Source of the DNA: a bacterium
Lineage (GTDB): Bacteria; Zhuqueibacterota; Zhuqueibacteria; Residuimicrobiales; Krinioviventaceae
Direction: 5' to 3'
Assembly: GCA_963675755.2 (NCBI GenBank)
Contig: CAXXMD010000003.1
Span: 1,824,001-1,888,000, forward strand
DNA: 64,000 nt
A program made the position numbers and the translations under genes. Below are positions 37,186 through 49,354 of this stretch, piece after piece. The notes beneath the pieces were generated by a model that was not told the origin of the DNA, did not search any database, and saw only the letters and a list, made by a program, of their open reading frames with translations. Positions within the stretch are counted from its first letter, which is position 1. Every line of letters begins with the position of its first letter.

Positions 37186-40100
37186 TCAAATTTTAGGAAA
37201 GCCGGGGAAAGAGATTTTAAATTGGGCCCCCTGATCACAAATATATTCCATGCTGCCATGAATTTGTTTTGACAAATTTTTAACAAGTTGGATGCCAAGG
37301 GTGTTAGAGTTTTCTATTTTTTCTTCTTCACAGCCAATGCCATTATCTCTGACGGTGAGTTGGAGACGGTTTGAAGAAAGGATTGACAATTGTATCCAAA
37401 GTGTTCCTTCATCCTGATGGGGGAATGCATGTTTGAGTGAATTGGTTACCAACTCGTTGAGGATCAAACCACAAGGTATGGCCTGGTTAATATCCAATTC
37501 TACATCTTCCAGGTCATAGACGACCTGAACTTTATTATAGATATCATATGATCGTACAAGCTCACTGGCCATGGATTGAATGTATTCTCTGAATTCAATT
37601 TTGCTAAAATCATCAGACTTGTATAATTTTTCATGAACCAGCGCCATAGACCGGATGCGGTTCACGCTTTCTTTGAACGCATCGGTCAAGTTGGTTTTAC
37701 TCTTGATCGCATTGGATTGGAGATTTAAAAGACCTGTTATTATTGCCATATTGTTTTTTACACGATGATGGATTTCTTTCAACAGCACTTCTTTTTCTAA
37801 AAGTGATTGTTTAATCATCTTTTCCGCACGTTTTCTTTCGGTAATATCTGTAAAAATACCTGTCATACCTATAATGTTGCCGTTTTCATCTTTTAGTGGT
37901 CCGGATGCAAGACTTACATCAATAAGAGTACCATCTTTGTGTAATCTTTTCAGTTCTTCAATGGTTTCAAAATTGTACAATTTGTTTATCAGACGGTTTT
38001 TAAAAGATAATATTTTTTCTTTAGGCATTAATGGATTAAAATTTCCAATGACTTCTTCAGCTTTCCAGCCAAAAATACGTTCAGCAGCGGGATTCCAAAG
38101 TATTACAACACCATCGGAATTGAGAGCGATGATGGCAGAAGGGGAAGATTGAATCAGCGCTTCTAGCCGGGCTTTACTGACGGATAACTGGTTTTCTGCA
38201 ATAACCCGTTCATGAATATCCCTACCAACGCCAATGACTGAGACAACCTTGTTGCCTTTATCAAGGACCGATTTATAAGACCAACCCAGCCAACGCATCC
38301 CTTTTCGGGTCATATAACGTTGTTCTATATAACAAGAATAAGGTGGTTTGTTCAAGCTTTCCATTGCTTGTGTTGCTTTTTCGCGGTCTTCTTTGTGGAT
38401 ATGAGGTAGAAATTGCTTGCCCAATAGTTGGGATTCGGTTTTACCAAACATTTCACAAAAAGAGTGGCTTACAAACATAAAGTTACCGTTTGTATCAACT
38501 TTGGTTACCAGATCGGTTTGATTTTCAATCAACAATCTGTATTTTTCTTCACTTTCACGCAGAGCCTGTTCCGCAAAAATGCGTTCCAATTCGGCAGATG
38601 CCCTGTCTGCAAATGTATCCAGTACTTTTTGCGTTTGTTCATAGTCTTTTATGGGCTTTGTATCCAGAATTGCAAGAATTCCTATACATTCGCCATCTGT
38701 TGTAGTTAATGGGGTACCCATAAAACTGTCGATATTGTATTTTTTTAAATTTAAATCAAGCGGAAATACTTGTTGTATATTATGTGTATATACAACTCTG
38801 CCTTTGTAGATAACATCATATACAGGAGTATTGCTTATGGGTATTTGAAAATTTTCAATAATTTCTTGATGTTTACAACTTGCAATTGATATGATTTCCA
38901 TTTCATTTGGCAGGTATTTTCCGGTGAAAACAAATTCAACATCAATTGCTTTAGAAAGACCTAATACCAGATTCCGGAAAAACAGATCTCCGGTAGCATG
39001 TTTGGTACCTTCAATAACCAGATCCAGCGTGGCTTGAATTTTTTTCTGTTGAGTAATATCAAGATGTGTACCAGACATTCTTGCCGGTTTACCTTTGTCG
39101 TCCCATTCAACGACTTTACCTCTGTCTAAAACCCAAACCCAATGACCGTTTTTGTGTTTCATCCTTATTTCACATTCATAGTTTTCAATTTCGCCATTGA
39201 AATGTTTAGCTATTAATGTGTTTGATTTTTTACGGTCATCAGGGTGAGATAGATCAGTCCATAATTCGGTATTATAATCTGCGTTTAACTCATCAAGTGA
39301 ATAGCCAATTATTTCTGCCCATCTCTGGTCAACCGTGAATTTATCTGTTTGTATAAACCAGTCCCAGGTTCCCAATTCGGAGCCTTCAAGAACCAGTTCG
39401 TATCGTTTTTCACTTTCTTTTAGTGCTTGTTGTACCTGATATTTTTCTGTATTGTCACGTGCTACAATCAGAATTTTTTGAGTGTCTTGATTTATTATGA
39501 TGGGAGATGAACTGACTTCCATAATGCGTCTCTGGCCGTGTTGGTCCATATATACGGCATTATATAGGTTAATACCTGTATCACCGGTTCTTCTCTTTTT
39601 ACTGCGTTCAACGACAGCCTGTTTTTCATCATCCGGAATAAAATCCAATATGTTTAGTTTTTCATTTGAATTTTTTCTGTTGCCCAGCATCTTTTTTGCA
39701 GACTCGTTCAAATATTCTATATGGCCTTCCATATCATGAATACAAATGAGATCATGGGCGGTCTCTGCTAACAGGCGATATCTTTGTTCACTTTCAATAA
39801 GGATATTTTCAGCCAGTTTTCGGTCCGTTATATCCAGAAAATGAACCGCCATTGACCCGGGAAACGTTTGGTAAGCATATATATCATATACACCTTTGAT
39901 CTCACCATCGTCATATTCAATTTTTTCGCAAGTCCAGGTATCACCTTTTTGGGCAATATTGTAATATTTTTCAATAATATTTGTTTCTATGAGTGGAGGA
40001 AAAGCATCTTCTATTGAAACACCCAGGTATTGTTTTGTATCAACACCTAATATCTTGTCGGCAGCCGGATTTGTACCAGAAAAAATGAGTTTGTCATTTT

Positions 40101-41688
40101 CATCAAGTTTGTAAATAAAGGTGCCCATTGGAGAGGATTGGATTACATTCCTAAACTGAACTTCACTCTCATGTAATGCTGCAATTGCAATGTTTTTTTC
40201 TTCAGCAATATTTATATTATATATTGCTAAAGCAATATCATTTGCAACTTCCTGGAACAATTCTCTTTCTTCGTCATCAAGATCATCTGTTGGCAGAGCA
40301 ACCATAAGTAAACCCAATAGATTGTTGTCATGTACCAAACGGGTTTGCATGATAAAACCATTCGGTTCAATATTGGAGAGTGAACAGTCTTTACAATAAC
40401 TCAAGGGTTTATTGAACTCTGTAATGTTGGGATCATTTATTGCGTCTTGAATACAAAAATGTATACCCTGGTGTTGTTTTTTAATAAAATCAGTAAAATT
40501 TTCTCCTATGCCGGATTCAGCATGTTCTGTTATGGTTTTGTCTTCGTCGAATAATAAAATCCATGATGCTGTATAACCTTGTGTTTTCGTTAGTTCTTTA
40601 CAGGTTTGTTCAATCAGTTTTTGTTTGTTTTTTTCTATGGCAATTAATTGATTTACATTTCTAATACCCCTAAGAACCCGGTTTAAATGCTCAATTTGTT
40701 TATTTTGACGGACCTGCTCTGATATGTTACGAACAAATTCTATTACTGATGTAACCGAGTTGGTTTTTGCGTCCATAACGGGGTAGCTGAAGACTTCTAC
40801 CCATTCTGTAAATGCACCTGTTTCATTTTTTATAATTTGTCTTTCGGTTTTTAAAGTTTCCATACATCTAAGAGCGGGACAACTATTGCAATGTTCATCT
40901 TTACCATGAAAGCATTGGTAGCATATTTTCCCTTCAAGAGGCAATTGATGTTCATACCATTTTTTCATAGTTTGGTTTGAATGCCTGATTGTAAGGTCTG
41001 GGTTAAGCACAAGAAGGCCATCCTGAATGCTTTCAAACATCCCTTTTAAGAATTGTTCGTTTTCTTGAATTGCATTTTGGAGTTGATATTCTTCTGTCAC
41101 ATCCCGAAAGATGAGTACTACACCCAGAATCTCTCCATTTTTAGACAAGATAGGCGCACCACTGTCTGCAATTTGTCTTTCTGTTCCATCCCGGGATATT
41201 AAAACTGTATGGTTGGCAAGACCAACAATTTTACCTTCTTTCAATACCCGAAACACAGGGCTTTCTACTGCCGCACGGGTTTTAGCATTTATGATATTAA
41301 AAACTTGAGAAACAGGTTGGTTTTTTGCTTCTTTTATGGTCCAGCCGGTTAATTTTTCAGCAACCGGATTCATTTCTGTAATATTGCCTAATGCGTCTGT
41401 TGAAATGAATGCATCCCCAATTGATTTCAAAGTAACCCGAAGGTTTTCCTGAACCCGTTTTTGTCGACCTGAAATGAGTGAAACCAGAACACCAAATATG
41501 ATAAATAACAAGAAAATTATAGCTCTGATATATATCTCGTGTGGTGGTATTTGTGAGAATAATAAATTAAGAAAAGAATTTTCATAAAAGAAATAATAAT
41601 CCATTGCAGTATCAATTATCCATACTGCTATGCCAAATCCGATGGCCCCAGACATGATTTTTAAATCAATTTTCATGGTCCCCACCAT
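37186..41688 (-). CDS. Membrane multi-PAS/GAF sensor histidine kinase (HisKA_2 type)
   Basis: Two N-terminal TM helices, multiple PAS/PAC (DITERK), two GAF-like segments, [28 protein letters not shown]. Confidence 0.93.
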   Translation of the reverse strand: MVGTMKIDLKIMSGAIGFGIAVWIIDTAMDYYFFYENSFLNLLFSQIPPHEIYIRAIIFLLFIIFGVLVSLISGRQKRVQENLRVTLKSIGDAFISTDALGNITEMNPVAEKLTGWTIKEAKNQPVSQVFNIINAKTRAAVESPVFRVLKEGKIVGLANHTVLISRDGTERQIADSGAPILSKNGEILGVVLIFRDVTEEYQLQNAIQENEQFLKGMFESIQDGLLVLNPDLTIRHSNQTMKKWYEHQLPLEGKICYQCFHGKDEHCNSCPALRCMETLKTERQIIKNETGAFTEWVEVFSYPVMDAKTNSVTSVIEFVRNISEQVRQNKQIEHLNRVLRGIRNVNQLIAIEKNKQKLIEQTCKELTKTQGYTASWILLFDEDKTITEHAESGIGENFTDFIKKQHQGIHFCIQDAINDPNITEFNKPLSYCKDCSLSNIEPNGFIMQTRLVHDNNLLGLLMVALPTDDLDDEERELFQEVANDIALAIYNINIAEEKNIAIAALHESEVQFRNVIQSSPMGTFIYKLDENDKLIFSGTNPAADKILGVDTKQYLGVSIEDAFPPLIETNIIEKYYNIAQKGDTWTCEKIEYDDGEIKGVYDIYAYQTFPGSMAVHFLDITDRKLAENILIESEQRYRLLAETAHDLICIHDMEGHIEYLNESAKKMLGNRKNSNEKLNILDFIPDDEKQAVVERSKKRRTGDTGINLYNAVYMDQHGQRRIMEVSSSPIIINQDTQKILIVARDNTEKYQVQQALKESEKRYELVLEGSELGTWDWFIQTDKFTVDQRWAEIIGYSLDELNADYNTELWTDLSHPDDRKKSNTLIAKHFNGEIENYECEIRMKHKNGHWVWVLDRGKVVEWDDKGKPARMSGTHLDITQQKKIQATLDLVIEGTKHATGDLFFRNLVLGLSKAIDVEFVFTGKYLPNEMEIISIASCKHQEIIENFQIPISNTPVYDVIYKGRVVYTHNIQQVFPLDLNLKKYNIDSFMGTPLTTTDGECIGILAILDTKPIKDYEQTQKVLDTFADRASAELERIFAEQALRESEEKYRLLIENQTDLVTKVDTNGNFMFVSHSFCEMFGKTESQLLGKQFLPHIHKEDREKATQAMESLNKPPYSCYIEQRYMTRKGMRWLGWSYKSVLDKGNKVVSVIGVGRDIHERVIAENQLSVSKARLEALIQSSPSAIIALNSDGVVILWNPAAERIFGWKAEEVIGNFNPLMPKEKILSFKNRLINKLYNFETIEELKRLHKDGTLIDVSLASGPLKDENGNIIGMTGIFTDITERKRAEKMIKQSLLEKEVLLKEIHHRVKNNMAIITGLLNLQSNAIKSKTNLTDAFKESVNRIRSMALVHEKLYKSDDFSKIEFREYIQSMASELVRSYDIYNKVQVVYDLEDVELDINQAIPCGLILNELVTNSLKHAFPHQDEGTLWIQLSILSSNRLQLTVRDNGIGCEEEKIENSNTLGIQLVKNLSKQIHGSMEYICDQGAQFKISFPGFPKI

Positions 41689-41807
41689 GTATTATTAAGA
41701 TCAGGTCGATCATGCTTATAATACTGCAAAATCGGATTTATTAAATATCGGAATAAATCACGAAATCAGATTTTTATAAATTTTTTCTTTCTTTGCAGGT
41801 AATGGTA

Positions 41808-42359
41808 TTAAATATAATCTTTATATAACTCTTTACTGGGTGCGGGGATAACAACTTTGTTGACCAGCAATCCCTTGTCTGATACAACAGCAGAACCCGC
41901 ATCAACAGCCGCCCTTACGTTACCTACGGTACCGGTTAATGTTACAAAAGCTTTTCCACCCAAAGCCATTGCCAGGCGAATTTCCATCAAACTGACATTT
42001 GCCGATTTGACTGCTGCATCAGCAGCTTCCAGCAATGAGGAAACAGAAAAAGATTCTATAATACCCAAAGCACCCAACATTTCAACCTGGTTAGCACCCG
42101 CTAATGCAGGCATTACCTGAGAATCTATATTTGATAATAATATATGGTCAATAACTGCACCTTGCCATTTTTCAACACCTGCTTCAACACTGGAGCGAAC
42201 AGCGGCAACATTACCGCCTACAATGACCATGTATTTACCGGAACATATGGAACGGGAAATAATCAATTCAACATTAGATGTTTTTAACATCGTGTCCGTT
42301 ACATCTATTCCGGCTGCTATACTGTTTAATTCTATCATGCCGACGGCATTTTTTTGCAT
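41808..42359 (-). CDS. Tandem-domain bacterial microcompartment shell protein (PduT-like)
   Basis: GMIEL.SIAAG...D.MLK.SNV, SICSGKY, second BMC domain AADAAVKSANV. Confidence 0.88.
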   Translation of the reverse strand: MQKNAVGMIELNSIAAGIDVTDTMLKTSNVELIISRSICSGKYMVIVGGNVAAVRSSVEAGVEKWQGAVIDHILLSNIDSQVMPALAGANQVEMLGALGIIESFSVSSLLEAADAAVKSANVSLMEIRLAMALGGKAFVTLTGTVGNVRAAVDAGSAVVSDKGLLVNKVVIPAPSKELYKDYI

Positions 42360-42362
42360 CTA

Positions 42363-43682
42363 TTATTTCCTTTCAATCACAATTTCTTTATCATTTACTG
42401 CTGCAACACGTCCGTCAATGCTGGCATGAATAAAGACGCCAAGATCTTTTTCTGCTATTGTTGCAATTTCCTGACCTCTTTTTACACTGTCGCCGGTTTT
42501 TACCAACGGTGTGGCAGGAGCACCAACGTGTTGTTTTACGGGAATAACTACTTTATCCGGTTTTATGTCTAATTCTGTATATTCCGCTTCTGCTTCATAA
42601 TGTGTAACACCCAAACGGTTTTTTAATTGTTTTAGCGGCAATCTGCGGTGGTCATGCATGGGGTGAACCTTGGGTTGTTTATTGCCTTCCCATTTGCCTT
42701 TGCCAAGATTTCTCAAATCTGTTGTACCTTTGCCGCATGCTTCGCGGGGATACAAACCCTCTGGGCATGAATATAATGTACAGATGCCACATTGACAGCA
42801 CAATAGTGCATATTGGTTCCACAATTCCGGGCCGGTTACCGTAAATCCCAGACTGCGCATAACCAGATGAGGCTGAACATCGTAACCCAGCATATACCGG
42901 GGACATAATTCTGTACAATAACTGCACTGATCGCATGCCGAGTGCCCGATTCGTGATTGTTGCTGGGGAGTGGTACTGTACCGTTCTATTAATTTATGAT
43001 CAGCGGGTAAAACAATCAATCCACCGGTGGTTTTGGTGACGGGTTGATTCAAGTCTTTGATCAATTTACCCATCATCAATCCACTTTCCATAATGCCGTA
43101 TTCAGAGACTGTTGGACCGCCTGCAAGTTCTAAAACTTTTGATACCGGCATACCAATTGGAACCCAGGTTGTTAGTGGATTTTTGACCAGCCCTGTAATG
43201 GTTAAAAAAGTGTCTGTTACGGGTTGATTTTTGCTGGCTTTATATATATTGATTACCGTTTCAACATTGTTTACTACACAGCCCACATCCAGGGGTAGCC
43301 CCTGTGGTGGAATGAGTTTACCGGTAATACCATAAACGAGCTCGTATTCATCGCCAACCGGGTAGAAATCACCAAATTCATGTATTGAGATATTGGGATC
43401 GTCAATTGCAGCTTTTACTGCTTTAATAGCTTTCGCGTTTTTAGATTTAATACCAATTACCGCTTTTTTAGCACCCAAAGTTTTATATGCTATTTTGATG
43501 CCTTCAACCAATTCTTTGGAAAAATGGGTCAAGAGTTCTCTGTCTTTGTGCATCAACGGTTCACATTCTGCACCATTGATGAGAAAGGTATCTACCTTGG
43601 AAGACATTTTTACATGGGTAGGGAATCCGGCGCCGCCGGCGCCAACTACTCCGGATTTTTTTAATTGTTCTGCAATATTCAT
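42363..43682 (-). CDS. PduS-like / RnfC-related flavin and Fe-S oxidoreductase
   Basis: GVVGAGGAGFPTHVK, NGAECEPL, CDQCSYCTELCP, CCQCGICTLYSCP, QHVGAPA, IHASIDG. Confidence 0.88.
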   Translation of the reverse strand: MNIAEQLKKSGVVGAGGAGFPTHVKMSSKVDTFLINGAECEPLMHKDRELLTHFSKELVEGIKIAYKTLGAKKAVIGIKSKNAKAIKAVKAAIDDPNISIHEFGDFYPVGDEYELVYGITGKLIPPQGLPLDVGCVVNNVETVINIYKASKNQPVTDTFLTITGLVKNPLTTWVPIGMPVSKVLELAGGPTVSEYGIMESGLMMGKLIKDLNQPVTKTTGGLIVLPADHKLIERYSTTPQQQSRIGHSACDQCSYCTELCPRYMLGYDVQPHLVMRSLGFTVTGPELWNQYALLCCQCGICTLYSCPEGLYPREACGKGTTDLRNLGKGKWEGNKQPKVHPMHDHRRLPLKQLKNRLGVTHYEAEAEYTELDIKPDKVVIPVKQHVGAPATPLVKTGDSVKRGQEIATIAEKDLGVFIHASIDGRVAAVNDKEIVIERK

Positions 43683-43914
43683 GCTGGTCCTGAAGGATTA
43701 TCATTAAACTACTAACTTTTAGTATAATTAAAAAAAATGAAAAAAAACAGAGAAAAAAATATTTTTATCAAAGTACGACAGAATACAAATTATGGGCATA
43801 ATGCTTAAATTTGAGTGTAAATTTTTAGATTGATGTAACCTCTGAATTTTAAACTCGTATTTATATTTACAGTTTAATTCCACAATTGTAGTAGTTTTTA
43901 ATTAGGAGGACATT

Positions 43915-44859
43915 ATGAAACAAGTGATATTGTTTATGTGTGCTTGTTTATTTATGATAAATGCTACGGGTTTTGCTTCTGAAGAGATGAATAGTGTAAA
44001 CAAGTTGGTAGCCAAGCTGAAAAATATGCAATCCTCTCAGGCTACTGAACCTTTTACAAATCAGATCGATCTGGTCAATGGCAGTATTCCATACTCTTTT
44101 ATTTATGAACCTTCCGGTTTGTTTGAATGGCAATTGTTCAACAAGTGTTATTTTGACTTTAGATCGGATACCAGTTCTACCATAAGAATGGAGATCGATT
44201 ACTTGCCTATAGACGACTTTTTTCCCACTTTACCCTCTTTTTTTCATTTTGTATCAGAGAAGCCTTATGCATCTCTTGATGGATTCACGGAAAAAATGCA
44301 GGAAGAATTTCAGGCCCTGGGTGATAGCTATAATTATGAGATCCTGATCAATGAACCTGATTCCTCATACGGCAATGCTGGACAGCATTATGTACAATCT
44401 TTTTTCAGTAATGGAACAGAACTGGTTCTGGATTGTTACTTTGTTTTTGTTGAGAATTCGGCATGCGCTGTTTACTATATTACGGATTCGTATTATTACG
44501 GCAATTTTATTTACCAGCTCAGTTTCGAATCCACGCTCCATGCCCTGCATTTTAGCTCTGCAACTGCAATAGAAAAAGATGTTACCAAAACACCGGCTGT
44601 TTTTAATCTGAATCAAAATTATCCCAATCCTTTTAACAACAGCACCCGCATTCAGTATAAAGTACCAGAAACGCAAAAGGTGACATTGGAGGTTTTTGAT
44701 TCAAATGGGAGGTTGGTAAAAACCCTTGTAAACAGCAATCAAGCTCCGGGTGAATATACTGCGGATTTTGATGCTGATGGTTTGGCAAGTGGAGTTTATT
44801 TTTATAAACTCACAAGCGGCAAGACCTCATATGTGCAAAAGATGACACTGGTGAAATAA
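43915..44859 (+). CDS. Secreted protein with T9SS type A sorting domain
   Basis: Signal peptide; C-terminal QNYPNPFN...GRLVKTL...LASGVYFYKL...KMTLVK. Confidence 0.85.
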   Translation: MKQVILFMCACLFMINATGFASEEMNSVNKLVAKLKNMQSSQATEPFTNQIDLVNGSIPYSFIYEPSGLFEWQLFNKCYFDFRSDTSSTIRMEIDYLPIDDFFPTLPSFFHFVSEKPYASLDGFTEKMQEEFQALGDSYNYEILINEPDSSYGNAGQHYVQSFFSNGTELVLDCYFVFVENSACAVYYITDSYYYGNFIYQLSFESTLHALHFSSATAIEKDVTKTPAVFNLNQNYPNPFNNSTRIQYKVPETQKVTLEVFDSNGRLVKTLVNSNQAPGEYTADFDADGLASGVYFYKLTSGKTSYVQKMTLVK

Positions 44860-44882
44860 GCAAGTGTTTCTACTAGAATATT

Positions 44883-44920
44883 AAATCCTGGTAACTTTTT
44901 ACAAGGGACCGGGATTTTTA
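44883..44920 (+). terminator. Rho-independent terminator candidate
   Basis: AAATCCTGGT...ACCGGGATTT stem followed by a T-run. Confidence 0.5.
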
Positions 44921-45002
44921 TTTGTTTCATTGTTGGCTGTCCTCGCGCAAACAAGGGCATGAGTCGGAGGAAATGCTATTAAATTTTAAAACAGAGATTG
45001 TT

Positions 45003-45947
45003 TTAGAAAAACCCTAAGGCTTTTAACAAGATAATGCCTGCGGAAAGCGTAAAGATGGACCCCAGTGTTGTAAAAAACACAATATCGCCTGCCAGTTTGC
45101 CGTTACTGCCCATTGCATCGGCCATTATATAGCTCACAACAGCAGTGGGGCAGCCAAATAAAAAGAACAGAATTCCCAGATCAGTGCTTTTAAACCCAAA
45201 TAATACGGCTGTCCAGGTAAGCAGTAGAGGCATGAAAACTATTTTTATTGATGAAGACCCCAACACAAGCCCCAGATTTTGTTTTACCCGATGAAAACTG
45301 AGCGAACCGCCAATTGAAAGCAATGCCAGGGGTAATGTGAGTTGGGCAAGATAGCCTATTGTTGTTGAAATGATGGGATGAAAGTGTGTACCCAGGAATG
45401 AAAAGGGTAGTGATACCAAAACAGCAATAATCAAGGGATTGGTTACAATATCTATCAATATCTTTTTAATATCCGTTGGACCTTCTTTGTGAAGGGGGAC
45501 TGTTAACGCAATAATACAAAGTACATTGTAGAGCGGCATGATGAATGCCAGCATGATTGCTGCCCGCGCCAGTACATCGGGACCAAAAGCGTTGTTAATG
45601 AGCGCAAACCCAATGATTGAAAAATTGCTGCGAAATGCTCCCTGAATAAAGGCACCCTGATTTTTGCCATCCCGGGTGACCAAAATACCTATAATCCATG
45701 AAATGATAAAAATTACCAATATGGCAATGTTTGAATAGAGTACCAGTTTAATGTCGAATACATCTCTGTAATTTGTAGTGGCGATTTTTTGAAAGACAAG
45801 GGCCGGCAGAGTTACTTTGAAAACAACTTTGGATGCCGTCCGGTTAAAGTTCTCATTAATCAAACCGCGTCTTTTTATAAAATAACCAACAAATACCAGA
45901 ATAAATACCGGGGCAACAATTGATGCAGTAAAAGCCAGGGTTTCCAT
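45003..45947 (-). CDS. AEC (auxin efflux carrier) family transporter
   Basis: About 10 TM helices; LPALVF, FRSN..IIG, NPLI, PLALLSIG, PTAV motifs. Confidence 0.9.
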   Translation of the reverse strand: METLAFTASIVAPVFILVFVGYFIKRRGLINENFNRTASKVVFKVTLPALVFQKIATTNYRDVFDIKLVLYSNIAILVIFIISWIIGILVTRDGKNQGAFIQGAFRSNFSIIGFALINNAFGPDVLARAAIMLAFIMPLYNVLCIIALTVPLHKEGPTDIKKILIDIVTNPLIIAVLVSLPFSFLGTHFHPIISTTIGYLAQLTLPLALLSIGGSLSFHRVKQNLGLVLGSSSIKIVFMPLLLTWTAVLFGFKSTDLGILFFLFGCPTAVVSYIMADAMGSNGKLAGDIVFFTTLGSIFTLSAGIILLKALGFF

Positions 45948-48943
45948 TAAAGTGCGCTTTCCAGTTTCTCTATCATTTCGGCTATTGCTTTACGGTGTTG
46001 GTAAATAGGTCCGGATGTGCTGTTAAAATCCGTTAGTGATTTAGAAACGGATTCCGGTACCATTAGCAATTCTTCAGCCTGTTTAACGAGTTGAGAATCA
46101 ATATATTTATTTTTTGCCTGAATAACAAGCTGGTTGAGCAACCAGAAATATTCGTAATCTTCTAATCCTTCCCGCAGTGTTTCCCAACGGATAGAACTGA
46201 CAGGAGCTTGCAGGTTTTTCACTTTGGTTTTAAACACTGATTCGGGTGGGTAAATAAATCTTCCGTCTCCATTACCCCAGTATTGGATATCGCCGGGCTT
46301 TAATCCATAATTATGGACATAGCTCATGGGGTCCTCGTATGGATTTTGCAATTGTGGCGGAGGAAATGCTGCCTCGCTGTTCCAATAATTTGCACTCCAT
46401 ATCAGAATGCCATCCAGCTTGTTCTGCCAGGATTGCCAGATCCAGGTGCGTAATTCTACCGCGGGATGATCAATGAATAATCCACAATAGGGCTCTTTGG
46501 GGCCTGAACAGATATACCACCATACCCGTTCACCCAGGTTTTGTCGTTGAACTGCTGGTGCATGGTTGTAATGATTGGTAATAGGACACCAGATATCTAC
46601 ATAATTAAATAATTCAGGGACCGGTTCTTCTGTCAACATAATTGGCAGTTTTGGCGCTGCTTTTTTGATAAATTCGTGGGTGTTTTTTATAAATTCATAA
46701 TCATCCGGTTCAGGTTCATCAAACCAATAAATATAAGCCTTGTCCAGCCAGCCCTTTTCTTCAAGATGGTTTTGTACCTTGCTCAGATAATCGGTCATGA
46801 GGGTGTTCCACTCATGGCTGCCTTGTTTAATTGCTCCTATTGCTCCGGATTCTCGACTGTGAAAGCTGCCCGCACCAAGACCTTTTAATATTACCCGAAA
46901 TGAGTTGAATTTCCACTGGTCCAGATATTTGTGGGCAAGTATATCAAATTTTTCAAAATTAACTTTAGCTTGCAAAGTTTGCGTATCAAACTGCACATCA
47001 ATATTGCCGAGAGTGAAAGGATCGTAAGGGGAAATGCGGTGTTCTTTAAAGCTCTTGAGATATTTTTCAAGCACCGGTCCGATATTGTCAGCATTTTTTA
47101 AATGATGATATTGCATAATATAGGATGTGTACAGGCTCATGGCTGTTTGCAGATGGGTCTCTTCCGGTAAAGTAAAATCCCAGACATGCAGAACAACAGG
47201 TAATTCATGCCTGTTACCGTCAATGCTGATTTGCAGAGTTCCGAAATAATCACCGGCACTAGCAGTTATGGGAGTTTTTATTTGTACCCAAATGGGCTGA
47301 TTTTGTCCTGCCTTGACAGAAAAAGGTTCTCGCAAAGGGGGCAGTGGATCTGGCCAGCTGTCTGCCTTTCCCAATGAATCTGTGGGACGGGTTATATCCA
47401 CATATTTTACATTCAATACCTGCACAAGCGCTTTGGGGATTCTGTTTCCATTACGATGCACAAGGTCACTCATGTTGACGATGACGTTGTTTAATGGCTT
47501 TGACGCATTTACTATAAATTGAAATGCTTCGTATTCGTTTTTCGCTGCGGATATCTCAATTCTGGTTGCTTTTTCAGAAGGGGCAATACGTGTTTTGCTG
47601 ATTTTTTGAGTTGCATCGGTATACCAAAAGGCATAAGCACCGGTTTGATCTATTAAACGACCATAATCAGCCCGATCATGGTGATTTACAAGTGGTGTTT
47701 GTTCTATGTGCAACGGATTTTTCTTGTCTGTTGATGATTCAATGATAAGAGACTGTTTTGAATCCGGGAGCAATGAAAGATTTATTTCTTTTGCTTCGAG
47801 CGGTTTTAGAATCAGGTTTGCATTCAGTACTTTGGAATTAAGCGCATTGATTATTTTACAAATATTGGTCTTGTTTGAAAGGTTTTGCAGGACAAGCGAT
47901 TGTACGGATTCTGTTTTTGCAGTAAACCAGGCTGACAGGTTTTCATTGGTTGTCAGGCAATCTGTATATACGGTTTTACCGGTTATTGAATCAAAAGTTT
48001 GATCCAGAGTAGATTGAAAAGTATATCCATTGATCTGAACGCGGGGATTTATACCGCTTGTTGATAGGCGAATATAGATTTCTTTGGCGGGAAACAGCTC
48101 CTGTGGAATTTGAAAAGTAAAACGACCTGTGCTGTTGATAGAACCAGCCGGCAGCCAGTGTTCGTTATCCGTTCCCACATCTATATTCAGCTTTCCACCC
48201 GTATAATACCCAATGATCAGTGTTGTTTTCGCGTCTAGTTGAGATATTGTTTGACCGCCGGGATTATGCCTGTAAATGATATAACTCCCCAGCTTGAGGT
48301 CCCATCGGCTGGTGTTAAAATACACATTGAAATCATATAATGAAGGAGAGAAATTCGAGTCTTTACTCATATAATGACAGTTTGAAGTAAAGGTATTACC
48401 TCTGACCGATTCTTCATTGCCTATAGTCAAGCCTTTGTGTCTTATAAAGTCTGCTTTGGCCTGGTATATCTCTATATCTTTGAACCAGACCGTACCATTG
48501 ACCTGCCATTGCCCAAAGCGGAGATAATGATTGTCGACTTTGGAGGGGGTATAAAAGTAAAATTCATGTTGGTGCCATTGTTCGGACGCATCAATATCCA
48601 GGTTTGAAATACTGGAGCCAATAATGGTTCTGCCGCCCGATGCGCCCGGAGAATTTTTTACCTGACAGGAGATTTTATAAAGAGTATTGGGAAGAAAAGG
48701 ATAGTCAAACATCCAATAGTTGGTGGCTCCGGCTTTATCTCCTCCGGTTACCGTGAGGCACATTTCTCCGCTATCAGGATCTTTTTGCCAAGAACCGATA
48801 CCGGAGATCAGTTTCCAGTTTTCTTTATTGCTAAATGATGAAAGGTTGGCGGGTTCGTTTACACAATTGCTGTTACCCAGCAGTATCAGAACAACTGCTG
48901 CAAATATGAACCGAAACAGCCGGGTGTGCGGTTTAATGGTCAT
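45947..48943 (-). CDS. Secreted glycoside hydrolase-like protein (GH123/DUF4091-type) with N-terminal carbohydrate-binding-like domains
   Basis: AAKNEYEAFQ, WPDPLPP, VWDFTLP, YWFDEP, GDGRFIYP, SSIRWE.LREGLEDYEY. Confidence 0.75.
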   Translation of the reverse strand: MTIKPHTRLFRFIFAAVVLILLGNSNCVNEPANLSSFSNKENWKLISGIGSWQKDPDSGEMCLTVTGGDKAGATNYWMFDYPFLPNTLYKISCQVKNSPGASGGRTIIGSSISNLDIDASEQWHQHEFYFYTPSKVDNHYLRFGQWQVNGTVWFKDIEIYQAKADFIRHKGLTIGNEESVRGNTFTSNCHYMSKDSNFSPSLYDFNVYFNTSRWDLKLGSYIIYRHNPGGQTISQLDAKTTLIIGYYTGGKLNIDVGTDNEHWLPAGSINSTGRFTFQIPQELFPAKEIYIRLSTSGINPRVQINGYTFQSTLDQTFDSITGKTVYTDCLTTNENLSAWFTAKTESVQSLVLQNLSNKTNICKIINALNSKVLNANLILKPLEAKEINLSLLPDSKQSLIIESSTDKKNPLHIEQTPLVNHHDRADYGRLIDQTGAYAFWYTDATQKISKTRIAPSEKATRIEISAAKNEYEAFQFIVNASKPLNNVIVNMSDLVHRNGNRIPKALVQVLNVKYVDITRPTDSLGKADSWPDPLPPLREPFSVKAGQNQPIWVQIKTPITASAGDYFGTLQISIDGNRHELPVVLHVWDFTLPEETHLQTAMSLYTSYIMQYHHLKNADNIGPVLEKYLKSFKEHRISPYDPFTLGNIDVQFDTQTLQAKVNFEKFDILAHKYLDQWKFNSFRVILKGLGAGSFHSRESGAIGAIKQGSHEWNTLMTDYLSKVQNHLEEKGWLDKAYIYWFDEPEPDDYEFIKNTHEFIKKAAPKLPIMLTEEPVPELFNYVDIWCPITNHYNHAPAVQRQNLGERVWWYICSGPKEPYCGLFIDHPAVELRTWIWQSWQNKLDGILIWSANYWNSEAAFPPPQLQNPYEDPMSYVHNYGLKPGDIQYWGNGDGRFIYPPESVFKTKVKNLQAPVSSIRWETLREGLEDYEYFWLLNQLVIQAKNKYIDSQLVKQAEELLMVPESVSKSLTDFNSTSGPIYQHRKAIAEMIEKLESAL

Positions 48944-48946
48944 GCT

Positions 48947-49354
48947 TTATTGCATGTCCTCAATTTTGGTTCCAATAACGATTTTTTTCAAACCATGCCT
49001 CTTGGCAATATCCATAACATGTACAATTACTCCATGCTCCGCAGCTTTGTCTGCTTTCAGGATCAGGGTTTTTTCTTCAATCTCGGGAATCATTTTGTCA
49101 ATTGTTGCACCCAGGTTTTCCATGGTAACGGGCTCGCTTCCCAGTGACATACTGCCATCCGGGGCAATAAACATTACCAGATTTTCAACACGGGCTACTT
49201 CTTTGCTCTGTATGCCCGGCAATTCGAGTTTCATGCCCGGCTGTTCAACAAAGCTGGAAGATACCATAAAAAAGATGAGCAATATAAACATTACATCGAT
49301 CAGACTGGTAATGTTTATACCCAGTGATTTTTTCTTTTTTTCCTTAAACTGCAT
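48947..49354 (-). CDS. exbD: Biopolymer transporter ExbD
   Basis: INITSLIDVMFILLIFFMV, LKADK, V.VMD. Confidence 0.92.
   Translation of the reverse strand: MQFKEKKKKSLGINITSLIDVMFILLIFFMVSSSFVEQPGMKLELPGIQSKEVARVENLVMFIAPDGSMSLGSEPVTMENLGATIDKMIPEIEEKTLILKADKAAEHGVIVHVMDIAKRHGLKKIVIGTKIEDMQ

Noticed and set aside
43690-43910. Cobalamin riboswitch upstream of the PduS-like gene
   Set aside because: The region is AT-rich and shows no B12-box-like sequence.
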